In this document: positions 1 to 12,381 of the stretch, piece after piece
How the letters are laid out: the number at the start of each line of letters is the position of its first letter
Position numbering within the stretch: position 1 is the first letter of the stretch
Source of the DNA: Octopus vulgaris
Lineage: Eukaryota
Length of the DNA stretch: 64,000 nucleotides
Reading direction: 5' to 3'
NCBI GenBank assembly: GCA_951406725.2
Contig: OX597821.1
Coordinates: 117,242,001 to 117,306,000 of the forward strand
Notes under the pieces: generated by a model
Database searches by the model: none
What the model saw: the letters and a program-made list of their open reading frames with translations, nothing else
Told to the model about the DNA's origin: nothing
Position numbers and translations under genes: made by a program

Positions 1-127
1 AGCCTTATCTTTTTCCCCATACACTCTTGCAGGCCCCTACTCACCCTACCCACTACTGCTTTTGCTATTTGAAGTGGCATCTGGAAACCTCATCACCACT
101 GTCTATCTCCTTAGAGATTCCTCTAAT

Positions 128-162
<35 letters not shown>

Positions 163-1139
163 GTTTTTCTCTCTCTCCTCTAAATGTGAATAGCCATGTA
201 GCTCCTCTACAACAGGAATCTGCTGTACTCCAACTTCTTCCCTCACACCTTAACCCCCATTGGACATATGGAGACAGCACCACCCTGCTCTCCTGGGTTT
301 GCAGTCTTGCCAGCTGCATGGCGACCTCACTAGTGTTGGTGGCATGAAGAAAAGCACCCAGTACATGCTGTAAAGTGGCTAACATCAGGAAAGACAACCA
401 GCTATAGAAACTGTGACAAATAGACGCTGGGGCATGATGCTGTCCTTGGGTTCATTGTGATCTCATCAAACTGTCCAACTCCTGCCAACATCTTTTAACA
501 TCCATGTTAAATGCTGCTGCTGATTGTTGTTGTTGTTGTTGTTAAGCAACAAGACGGGTAAGGGTGATAAGGTGATGGTCTAGGGCTTAGGGGCAGGAGA
601 CTCCAGACCTTGGAAAAAAAAACAAACTTTGGTCATCTTGTTGTAGTCGAGAGCTCTTCGTTGACGCCTAACACCACTGGGAGGTGGCCCTTGAAGTCAC
701 TGGAAATGGAAATCTCCAGGTCCAAATTCTTGGATGGCTGCTGCTGCTGCTGATGATGATGGTGATCTCTGTCAGTTGAAATTTCTAACAGAAGTATCAT
801 TAGTCTTTGATGATGTGGCAGGATTCGAATTCTGAATGAATAGAAGTACAACAAATACTGCAATAAACCTCCTCCAAGGTGTTGCCAGACCTGGCCTGTT
901 TGAAAGTAAAGCAGAGAGAATATTTGGCCCAGATATAGCATGTTTAAACGTGAAAGGGTTAAATGCTACTAAATTGATTTTACCTTTTGTTCCTTTGGGG
1001 TCATTGTAATTGAGTTTCTTTCCCCTGAAAAATTGCTGGCTTTTGAACACTTAACGAATAGGTATTCCATTTGGGGAGAATGTTGTGATCTTAGTCACTT
1101 ATGTACACCATGGAAACTGGGTAAGCGGTCTTATGAGTC

Positions 1140-2211
1140 CTAGGGTTGAAGAAAAAGATTTTCGAATGATTTGGCTGCTCTTTCTAGTATGCTTGGCCAC
1201 CAGAAGTTTTCACATTGGCTTGATGCTGTTGTTGTGATTGTTAGATAACATTACTTAATGTATCCTTTCTTTATTTAGAAGGTTAATTTGAGAGAGATTT
1301 ATCTACTCTTTCTAGCATATTGGTCTACCATGTAGAGGCTCATTCATTGGCTTGATGCTGTTGTTGTGATTGTTAGATAACATTACTTAATGTATCCTTT
1401 CTTTATTTAAAAGGTTAATTTGAGAGAGATTTATCTACTCTTTCTAGCATATTGGTCTACCATGTAGAGGCTCATTCATTGGCTTGATGTTGTTGTTGTG
1501 ATTGATGGCCTGCATTATCTAATGAATCCTTTCTCCACAACACTGATATCAAGAAATCCTCTTGCGAGCGTGACCTAGGCATCACTGTCAGCAGTGATTT
1601 GCGTTGGTCAAAGCATATCTCTAAGATTGTCAGGAAGGCCGAGGGTGTCTTGGCATCACTCAGCAGGTCTTTTGTTAGCCGCTCTCCAGCCATCTATTTA
1701 AAACTGTATACAGCTATGGTACGACCACACTTGGAATTCGCATCATCAGTTTGGAACCCCTATCTTGCACAGAACATTGACCTCCTGGAATCTGTCCAGA
1801 GACGTGCAACCAAACGCATACCCTCCATCAGACACCTACCATATTCTGAGCGCCTTGTTTCCCTGGGCATGGATTCACTGAAGCTCCGGCGTTTGGCGAC
1901 GGACTTGGTAAACACCCACAAAGTTATCAACCACCTCACCAACAACAACACTGAACACCTTTTTGATCTCCATGTGTCTAACACACGTGGACATGCCTAC
2001 AAAGTCAGAAAACAATACAGCTCCCATGACTTTCGGAAACATTTTTTCACGCTCAGAGTTGCTGAAGCATGGAATAAACTGCCTGGGTCAGTTGTTGACT
2101 GCCATGACACTGCATCTTTTAAGGCCCTCATGCTTTCCGAAATCCGCCGAAACTTCACCTGATTATATATACACTTTAGATGAGTTGTAGTGCACCTGAG
2201 CACTGTACACA

Positions 2212-2256
<45 letters not shown>

Positions 2257-2750
2257 TTATTTAAAAGGTTAATTTGAGAGAGATTTAGCTACTCTTTCTA
2301 GCATATTGGTCTACCATGTAGAGGCTCATTCATTGGCTTGATGTTGTTGTTGTGATTGATGGCCTGCATTATCTAATGGATCCTTTCTTTATTTAAAAGG
2401 TTAATTTGAGAGAGATTTAGCTACTCTTTCTAGCATATTGGTCTACCATGTAGAGGCTCATTCATTGGCTTGATGTTGTTGTTGTGATTGATGGCCTGCA
2501 TTATCTAATGGATCCTTTCTTTATTCAAAAGGTTAATTTGAGAGAGATTTAGCTACTCTTTCTAGCATATTGGTCTACCATGTAGAGGCTCATTCATTGG
2601 CTTGATGTTGTTGTTGTGATTGATGGACTGCATTATCTAATGGATCCTTTCTTAATCTAAGGGTGTAGATTTGAGGGTGATTCGTTGCTCTTTTTAGCAT
2701 GTTGAGCCAACACATAGAGAACCCTGCTTCCCTCGTTGGCTTGATATTGT
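1140..2750. repeat. 132-bp tandem minisatellite (~6-7 units) interrupted by a LINE
   Basis: The anchor CATTGGCTTGATG occurs at 1213, 1345, 1477, then 2331, 2463, 2595 (period 132). Confidence 0.9.
1533..2258 (+). mobile_element. 5'-truncated CR1-group LINE (3' end of ORF2, 3'UTR and (TTA)n tail)
   Basis: Open frame ...CERDLGITVSSDLRWSKHI...LYTAMVRPHLEFASSVWNPY...LESVQRRATK...RGHAYK...FFTLRVAEAWNKLP, the typical CR1 post-RT region; ends in (TTA)n. Confidence 0.9.
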
Positions 2751-3255
2751 TGTTGAAGTTGTAGCTGGGTCTGGAAGGAAGGGGCCAGAAATATGTCCAA
2801 CACAAAAGCAAAGAAGAAATGGGAAGAACGAGTGAAATGGAATCCTTATTACTCATCAGAATGGTGTTCTTTTACTCAAGACGGATATTATTAAACATTG
2901 GGAGAAAGAATTTCATCTCAGGTTTTCTTTTCCTCTTCACTTATATATCTATGTGTGTATATGTGCATGTATCTATGTGTGTATATGTGCATGGTAGTGT
3001 GCGTAAGTGTGTGTGTGTGTATGTGTATGTGTGTATCCTTCACTCTCTCTTCCCACACACACATAGGTGCAGGCATGGCTGTGTGGTAAGAAGTTTGCTT
3101 CCCAACCACATGGTTCCAGGTTCAGTCCCACTAGGTGGCATCTTGGGTGAGTGTCTTGTACTATAGCATCAAGCCAACCAAAGCCTTGTGGATGGAGTTG
3201 GTAGATGGAAACTGAAAGAAGCCCATCGTATATATATATATATATATATATATAT

Positions 3256-4290
3256 CATCATCTTCATCATCGTTTAATGTCTGCTTTCCATGCTGGCATG
3301 GGTTGGACGATTTGATTGAGGACTGGCGAACCAGATGGCTGCACCAGGTTCCAATCTGATCTGGCAGAGTTTCTACAGCTGGATGCCCTTCCTAACACCA
3401 ACCACTCGAGAGTGTAGTGTGTGTTTTTATGTGCCACTGGCACGAGGGCCAGTCGGGCGGTACTGGCAACGGCCACGCGCAAATGATGTTTTTTACATGT
3501 CACCTGCACAGGAGCCAGTCCAGCGGCACTGGCAACAACCTCACACGAATATTTTTTTTTTCATGTACCAGTAAGGTGATGCTGGTAATGATCACACTCG
3601 AATGGTGCTTTTTAAGTGCCACTAGCACAGGAGCCAGTCAGCTGCCCTGGCAACGATTACACTCGGATGGTGCTCTTAGTGCTCTGCTAGCATGCATGCC
3701 AGTCATGTGATGCTGTCATCGAATTTGATTTTGATTTTGATTTCGATTTCAATTTCACTTGCCTCAACAGGTGTTTGCAACAGGTGTTTGCAACAGGTGT
3801 TTTAATGTCCAACGAAGGAAAGGTATGCATAAGTGGGCTGGTTACACCCCTGTCATAGGCCATGGATTATGGTCTCACTTGGCTTGCTGGGTTTTCTCAA
3901 GCACAGCATATTTCCAAAGGTCTCGGTCACTAGTCATTGCCTCGGTGAGGCCTAATGTTCGAAGGTCATGCTTCACCACCTCATCCCAGGTCTTCCTGGG
4001 TCTACCTCTTCTGCAGGTTCCATCAACCGCTAGGACGTGACCCTTTTTCACACAGCTATCCTCATCCATTCTCACCACATGGCCATACCAGCACAGTCGT
4101 CTCTCTTGCACACCACATCTGATGCTTCTTAGGTCCAACTTTTCTCTCAGGGTACTTACACTCCGTCAAGTATGCACACTGACATTACACATCCATTGGA
4201 TCATACTGGCTTCATTCCTTGTGAGCTTACGCATGTCCTCAGCAGTCACGGCCCATGTTTCACTGCCATGTAGCATGGCTGTTCGTAACC
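3256..4290 (-). mobile_element. 5'-truncated RTE-clade LINE (ORF C-terminus, 3'UTR, (GAT)n tail)
   Basis: LHGSETWAVT...RRLCWYGHVVRMDED...GTCRRGRPRKTW...DRDLW. The 3'UTR has internal GTGCCAC-type repeats. Shorter 3'-UTR-only copies lie at about 23700, 26800, 35370, 45990, 56020, 57095 and 60985. Confidence 0.88.
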
Positions 4291-4392
4291 CCTAAGCCAC
4301 GTGCCTAAACACAGCACACACATATGTATGTATACATGTATGTATATGTAAATCATAATCATAATCATCATCGTTTATATATATATGTATAT

Positions 4393-4423
<31 letters not shown>

Positions 4424-4464
4424 ATAAAGAGAAAGTGAGAGAAAAGAAGACTGACATAAAGAGA

Positions 4465-4860
<396 letters not shown>

Positions 4861-5334
4861 AGAGGGGGAGAAGGAGAGTATGAGTAACGGAGAGTAAAAC
4901 AATTGCCATGCAGCAGTTAAAATCATACAATAATACAGAGAAAGAGTTGAAGCAATGTTAATATATTTAAAACAAATTGGAATTCCCATTTATTTATCCT
5001 GGAACTCCAGCAGACGCTTCCTTCCCTTGGCTAAAAGGTTCCACTCAAAACGTTCCAACTTCTCTCTCTCTCCTTCCCAAGACGTAAAATTTATTCCAAA
5101 TTTATTCGGCCATTTCAATGCATTGCATTGTTTTGAAGAATGAGCAGCATTGACCGATTACAGTCGTCTTCTGCTTTGATTACATAAAGCAGAGATTAAT
5201 TTTAGATTAGTGCCTCATGTATGCAAATGAGGTAAACTGAGCTAGCAGCCTGTTTGTATTTCTAATCAGACAGAGATCCATCATTGGGTGACTATCTCTG
5301 CCTATCGACTTCAAAAATGAACATCGTCCTAATC

Positions 5335-5624
5335 ATATCCTCCTCCTCCACCCCCTCTTCTTCTTCTTCTTCTTCTTCTTCTTCTTCTTCTTCTTCTTCT
5401 TCTTCTTCTTCTTCTTCTTCTTCCTCATCGTCGTCGTCATCCACATCATCATCATTATCATCATCGTCATTGTCATCGTCGTCATCATCATCATCGTCGT
5501 TGTCATTGTCATCATCGTTGTCATCATCATTATCCTCATCATCTCATCGTCATTTCAGTGTCCACTTTTCCATGTTTCCATGCTTGCTCACACTCACACA
5601 CTCACACACACACTCACACACACA

Positions 5625-5682
<58 letters not shown>

Positions 5683-5941
5683 TAGATATGTAGAGACATA
5701 CCGACACACATTCATACGTATAGGCACAAGTGTGGATGTATGGTTAAGAAACTACACATTATCATCACTATAAGCGGACAGCATCATAATTATCATCATC
5801 ATCATCACCTTTACCATCACCATCACCGTCATCATCATTGTCATCATCATCATCATCATCATCACCATCACCATCATCATCATCATTCATCATAACCACC
5901 ACCACCACCACATCTACCACCACAACCACCATCACCATCAC

Positions 5942-5974
<33 letters not shown>

Positions 5975-6000
5975 TCACCACCACCACCACCACCACCACA
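5335..6000. repeat. (TTC)n, (TCA)n, (CA)n and (ACC)n microsatellite cluster
   Basis: Seen directly. Confidence 0.95.
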
Positions 6001-6790
6001 GGGGGCTAAAAATAGAGAGGACACACAAGGACAGACACACGGATTAAGTCGATTACATCGACCCCAGTGCTTAACTGGTACTTATTTAATCAATCCTGAA
6101 AGGATGAAAGGCAAAGTCGACCTCGGCGGAATTTGAACTCAGAACGTAACGACAGACGAAATACTGCTATGCATTTCTCCCAGCATGCTAACGTTTCTGC
6201 CAGCTTGCCGCCTTGTCATATTTTCTACGGCCAGACCCCCTTCCTGTGATCAACCCTCATCCGTTTTCCAAGCAGCAGCCATAATAAATATCGAAATATC
6301 AAAATATGTTGGGAGCATAACCCGATTAGGGTTCTCCAGCGATGTGATGGCCGATCAGGGGATAGAGTCAGAGCCAAGCATTTCTTTCCTGGTAAAAGGT
6401 TCTGCTTGGAATATTTCCATTCCCAGTACAAGATTCTTGTTTACATAAACCGTTGCTATGGCACTACCAGTTCTTGTGATTATCTTTAATTATTTAAAAA
6501 GGGCTGATTAGAAGTAAGGATATGCAATCCCACCCGCCACCTAAAATACTAGGTCAAATAAAAGTAAACAAATAAAAATGAAGTAAACTTCAGTGGGGGT
6601 GGGCGTGGGGGGATCATTTCTACATATGGCTTAGCTTAGAGTTTGTTACTGTTTTATCACATGGGAAAAATATTTGAGTGACTCTGTAAGTGTGTGTGTG
6701 TGTGGGGGGAAGAGATGTATCTGTGTGTGAGTACGTGTATGTGTATGTGCATATCTCTGCATCATCATCATCGACATCATCATCACCATT

Positions 6791-6828
<38 letters not shown>

Positions 6829-7642
6829 TGTCGTCATCATCGTCATCGTCCATCATCATCATCGTCGTCGTTGTCATCATCATTATTATCGTCATCATCG
6901 TCATCCTCATCATTGACATCATAATCATCTCCTCGTCATTTTAATGTCCCCATTTCCATGCTTCCATGCTTGCTCACACACACACACTACACACAGATAT
7001 GTACTGACACACATTCAAAAATATAGGCTGTATGGTTAAGAAACTTGCTTAACAACCACGTAGTCTTAAGTTCAGTCCTATAACTTGGAACTCTGGGCAA
7101 GTGTCTTTTGCTTATAGCCCTGGGCCAACCAAAGCCTTGTGAGAGGATTTTGTAGACAAAATCTGAAAAGAATAGTAAAAGAGACTTGCCCCATGAACCA
7201 AGTAGTGGAATTGACCTTGGAACCATATGGATGAGAAGCAAGCTTCTTACCACACAGCCACGCCTGCATCTGTATTGGGGTATTGAATTTATCTATCCAC
7301 ACCAAGGCAAACTAATCATTTCTGATTTTTGTTTGGAAAAGCTAAGAAATATGAGCAGTGAATTATGTTTTTTTATTAAGCTGGAGTTACATTCGAGAAA
7401 TTTCTTGGGTTTCCTCCAGGCATGAATTGCACCAAGAATTCCTTCCATTATATAGAGGTGCGCTGCCTATTATAGACCACTCAACAGAGTATATAACAGT
7501 ATTCTTCTTGAATTTCCAAATAAACTTGCTTAATCCTTTAACATTCTCATTATTCTGACAAATATAATGCTTATCTATTCATGTTATTTTGAATTAAATC
7601 TTTCGTTATCTCACAGCTTTGAGATTTCATTGATGTAATAGT

Positions 7643-7930
7643 TACCTTCACCTTAGCGAAGGCAGACGTATTGTTTTCAGTTGTGTTTGTTTGTTTGTTT
7701 GTCCGTGGACAAGATATCTCAAGAACTGCTGGGCGGATTCAGATGAAACTTTCAGGGATGTTTGGCCTTGTAACTACCATGAGCTGATTAGATTTTGGGA
7801 TCGATCCGGTATTGGACAAGGATTCTGGATTATTTGTTATATTTACTTTTCATGAAGTATTATGGCTAATCATTGAGAAGATGTTGGTGTTGCCTTGGTG
7901 GAGGTTTGAGCTCTCTGAGTGCTCTTGTTT
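7643..7930 (+). mobile_element. Helentron-associated non-autonomous element (HINE/DINE-1-like), nested in a piggyBac-type MITE (~7530-8043)
   Basis: TTACCTTCACCTTAGCGAAGG start, (GTTT)n tract, CCTTGGTGGAGGT subterminal inverted repeat, then a GAGCTCTCTGAGTGCTC hairpin and TTGTT end. A reverse-oriented copy lies at ~46478-46792. Confidence 0.65.
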
Positions 7931-8194
7931 ATTTTTAGAATGATGTTGTAGGGTAGGTATGAGAGGTTGGATCTGTCCAGTTTGAACATAAAACGGTAGA
8001 ATATTTGGGGCACATGTAGCTGGTTTAAATGCTAAAGAGTTAATGACTAAACCCTGGAATTTCTACCTTTATAAGTAGGCTGTTACTTCTTTGGTACTTA
8101 TGTGAAATTTTTCTATCCTGGTAACTATTTATTTTTTTTTTCCGTGTTATTTGTACACACTGAAAAAAATACACATACATTTATATACACATAC

Positions 8195-8232
<38 letters not shown>

Positions 8233-8235
8233 GGG

Positions 8236-8575
8236 GATAAAGACCCCCTTCGGTCATGAATGACCATGGGATTGCACCTAGAAAGTTACCCTCCTAGACA
8301 CAAGTCCGGGCAAGGTTGTTTATGGAAGACCAGCAGTCGCCCATGCATACCAGCCTCCCCTCTCCACGCCACCAGTGTTATCCAAGGGTAAGACAAAGGT
8401 CGATACAGCTTGGCACCAGTGACCTCGCAACTCATTTCTACAGCTGAGTGAACTGGAGCAACGTGAAATAAAGTGCCTTGCTTGAGAACACAACACGCAG
8501 CCCGGTCCGGGATTCGAGCTCACAACCTCACGATCGTAAGCTCGACGCTCTAACCACTGAGCCACGCGCCTTCAC
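8236..8575 (-). mobile_element. tRNA-derived SINE; a plus-strand copy lies at ~17135-17460
   Basis: A box GGCTCAGTGGTTAGAG and B-box-like GAGCTCGAATCCC, followed by a body shared with the 17135 copy. Confidence 0.8.
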
Positions 8576-8619
<44 letters not shown>

Positions 8620-10224
8620 GCACACACATACATACATATACATATATCTATGTGTGTGTCTTTGTGCCTGTGTTTGTTGTCTCCTACCACTGCTTAACAA
8701 TCAATGTTTGTGTGTCTACATCATCGTTACTTAGTGGTTCGGCAAAATAGACTGACAGAATAAGTAACATGTTTAAAAAAATAAAATAAGTATTGGAATC
8801 GATTCATTCAGCTAAAAATACTTTCTGAGGCAGTGCCCCAGCATGGCCAGAGTCTAATGACTGAACCAAGAAAAAGTCATAAAAGATAGATGATTGTGAA
8901 AGACAAACAAAGTGTAATAGATTTTTTTATGTTCTTATTCTTGTATTCTTTTACTTGTTTTGTTCATTTGACTGTGGCCATGCTGGAGCACTGCCGTTAG
9001 TCGAACACATTGACCTAGGACTTATTCTTTGTAAGCCTAGTACTTATTCTACCATCACTTATGCTGAACTGCTAAGTTATGGGGATGTAAACACACCAAC
9101 ATCGGTTGTCAAATGATGATGAGGTGACAGACACAGACACACAAACGACGGGCTTCTTTCAGTTTCCATCTACCAAATCAACTCACAAGGTTTTGATCAG
9201 CCCGTGGCTATAGTAGAAGACACTTGCCCAAGGTACCATATAGTGGTACTGAATCTGGAACCTGAATCTGGAACCTGAATCTGGAACCTGAATCTGGAAC
9301 CTGAATCTGGAACCTGAATGTGGTTGCTAAGCAAGCTACTTACCACACAGGCACTCCTATACTTTTTTTTTTAGTAGTCCGAATAGTGTCCTTGTCTTGA
9401 TTGTTGCTTTCATTATCCTCTCTAGGGAGGGGGTAGAGTTGATTACATCAACTCCAGTGTTTCACTGGTACTTAATTTATTGACCCCCAAAATGAGGCAA
9501 GGCAAAGTCGGCCTTGGCGGAATTTGAACTCACAATGTTGTGACAGACGAAATACTGCTAAGCATTTCGCCCAGTGTGCTAACATTCTGCCAGCTCGCCA
9601 CCTTAATAATAATAATGATAATAATAATAATAATAATAATAATAAATGCCCGGATGCAGTAGCAGGCAGTGTCTCTCATGGCTTCTGATCTTTATTGACT
9701 GGAAGTGTTATAATGTACTTTGCATTGTCTTGCTATAAAAAGATGGGCTACAGCAAATATTCTGTTCAATACCACAGATTTGCTTGTCAGTTGTTTGACC
9801 TTAACCAGTTGAGCATGTCCCTTGGAGGCTGACGATATGTGCATCTCTGATCACGAGCAGAAGTAGTGGGGGAGCATCATAGCCATGTGTTGAGAGGGAT
9901 TCTTTGGGCTTTGGATAATTCCCCGCTGGAAACATGGGTGTTTCGTTCAACATTCTTAAACAACTCTTATTCAGGGACCTTTTGAGCGGGATGGGTTACT
10001 TGACCTGAAGAAAATTCTAACTGGGCCCCACCTGCAAGGTCATGCAATGTTTATCTTGATATGAGACCACCATGTCGTGCACATATGGCTGTGATGCATG
10101 TGCCTGGTGTACCCTTATCAGACGGGTAGTCCTGATGGGTATACTGGGCTTTGTATATATTACCTTAGTGTCACTTTGATGGCATGCACTGCTCTCTCAC
10201 TCAATAATAATAATAAAAATAATA

Positions 10225-10283
<59 letters not shown>

Positions 10284-10500
10284 CCTTTCTACTATAGGCA
10301 CAAGGCCTGAAATTTTGAGGGAAGAGGTAGAGTTGATTACATCAACCCCAGTGTTTCACTGGTACTTAATTTATCGACCCTTAAAATGATGAAAGGCAAA
10401 GTCGACCTTAGCAGAATTTGAACTCAGAATGTAGCAACAGATGAAATACCACTAAGCATTTTGCCAGGCATGCGAACAATTCTGCCAGCTTACTGCCTTA

Positions 10501-10935
10501 TTGTTGCTTTCACTATATTTCGGCTGTTGTATTCTCCAGCCTTCTTCAGGTGTCTTGTGTTAAATTCAGTTGTTGAATTTTGAACCTAATTCTTTATTTG
10601 ATCGAAGGGAGTACATTGTTCTCGTTCTGCTCTCTGCATTTTGTGACATAGCTTAGCAGATTAAGATATTAGTTAAAGCAGTGTAGTAACTTAGAGGTTA
10701 TGTGTTCAATCCCGGGCAAGGAATTAAGGTAATTCACAAAAAAATCAACTGAAGCAAAAAATGTCACGAAACACTGGGAGTGGAATGAGAACAGTGTACC
10801 CCCATGAATCAAATAAAGGATTAGGTTTGAAATTTCAAAACAACAACCGATTTCAACAGAAGACACCTGAGGAAGGCTGGAGCATACAACAGCCGAAACG
10901 TAGTGAAAGCAACAATGAAGACGAGCACACTATTC
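10501..10935. mobile_element. Fold-back Penelope-associated element with hammerhead motifs in both arms
   Basis: 10501-10600 is inverted relative to ~10810-10915. CTGAAGA (minus, 10543-10549) and CTGAGGA (plus, 10867-10873) boxes are each followed by a GGCTG/CAGCC stem and GAAA. Confidence 0.7.
10861..10906 (+). ncRNA. Minimal type I hammerhead ribozyme motif
   Basis: CAC-CTGAGGA-A-GGCTG-loop-CAGCC-GAAA-CG-TA-GTG: stem I CAC/GTG, stem II 5 bp, loopless palindromic stem III (ACGT), GUA triplet. Confidence 0.65.
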
Positions 10936-11187
10936 CAACACATAAACAGCATACAGTAATCCTTCGCCATTTCGCCATTTATTATTTAAGCTTACATCGA
11001 TTCCTCTGTGGTGTTGTTTTGCATTTGTAATAAAATAAATATATACAAATTATAAAACTAATTAAAAAAATATATACAGTACAGTACTTCGTGGATTTTC
11101 ACATATTGCGGGGGGGTTTTTGGAACGTAACACCTATGATAGTCGAGGGATTACTGTACATAGTATAAATTTCTTATCTCAGGAATA

Positions 11188-11312
11188 TAGAACTGAATAT
11201 ATATTATTTACATTTGATGTTTCGACTGATATACCCTCCAGCCTTCATCAGGTGTCTTGGGGGAAACTTCGACCCTGGGTTCTCATTCCTAAGGTATTTT
11301 TCAATGTTATTA

Positions 11313-11350
<38 letters not shown>

Positions 11351-11622
11351 TTTCTTCTTTCTTCAAATTTTCTTCCATTTCTCAATGAGTGTTTTCTGTA
11401 CTCGGCCTGGAATCGAACTCGGAATCTTGGGGTTAGTAGCCCGCACTCTTAACCAGGTTTGAAATTTCCCCAAGACACCTGATGAAGGCTGGAGGGTATA
11501 TCAGCTGAAACGTTGTGTTAACAACAAACAAGATGAGGACAAATATCCATCAAATGTAAATAATGTAAACAATGTACATAATTCCTCGTCTCTCAAATCT
11601 CTCAAACTGTAGAACTGAATAT
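11188..11622. mobile_element. tRNA-headed, hammerhead-bearing fold-back element
   Basis: Inverted arms; tRNA-like head on the minus strand at 11400-11455; flanking 13-bp direct repeat TAGAACTGAATAT at 11188 and 11610. Confidence 0.7.
11474..11519 (+). ncRNA. Minimal type I hammerhead ribozyme motif
   Basis: GACAC-CTGATGA-A-GGCTGG-loop-TCAGCT-GAAA-CG-TT-GTGTT: stem I GACAC/GTGTT, palindromic ACGT stem III, GUU triplet. An inverted partial copy lies at 11220-11256. Confidence 0.65.
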
Positions 11623-12341
11623 GTTCTTATTTCCACATTTGCCTCTACCAGCATCAGAATTGTTTTTCTTTTGCCAAAAACGTTAAGTCAGAGCTGAAGG
11701 AATAACGGAATAAAAAAACAAAACAACAACAACAAAAACAACAATCATAAAAAGATAAATCATTTTTATTCTCGTTATTTCTCTCGTTGCTTCCACGGGC
11801 ATCTGTCCAGCCCCTAGCAACTGCTTATTGGGTGTGAAGCAAAACTGAAAACGTAAACATCAAACTAAGAGAATGGCAGTGGAGGTATAGCGATGTTTGT
11901 CGTTCAATTTATCTATTTTTAGATGGGTGCATGTTTGGATCTTGTAAAAATTTATCTGCTGATAGCATTAAAAATATCTTCTTCAGTTTTATTTTGTTTT
12001 AATGCTGAAAAATATTGTGGGAGCAAGTTTAGGCTTTTGAACAACTAAACTTTATTCCTGGGCGAAAAAGAGGATGGAAGAAACAAAAAGCAAACAAATA
12101 ATAAAAACGGTGTCTGTGTGTTGTGGTGGTGGTGGTGGTGGTGGTGGTGGTTGTGGGGGGACAAAAATATTTTCTCAAAGAAAAAAAACACACAAAAGAA
12201 CGAAACAAAAATAAGAAATAAAATAAAAACAGAATTAAATCTAATGAAAAAGGGAGTAATTCAGTTTGTGTTGCAATAATAATTCTCCACTTCGTTCCTC
12301 ACACCCAAAATATTGGAGAAGAAGGAAGAGAGAGAGGGAGA

Positions 12342-12381
<40 letters not shown>

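Noticed and set aside
1140-2750. CRISPR-like regular repeats
   Set aside because: The DNA is eukaryotic and the units are full-length tandem copies without unique spacers.
8500-8575. tRNA genes here and at 11400, 54540 and 63940
   Set aside because: A and B boxes are present but there is no complete cloverleaf, and they continue into repeat bodies, so they are SINE heads.
9249-9318. 13-bp TGAATCTGGAACC tandem repeat (~5 copies)
   Set aside because: A local slippage expansion inside a SINE head, with no sign of function.
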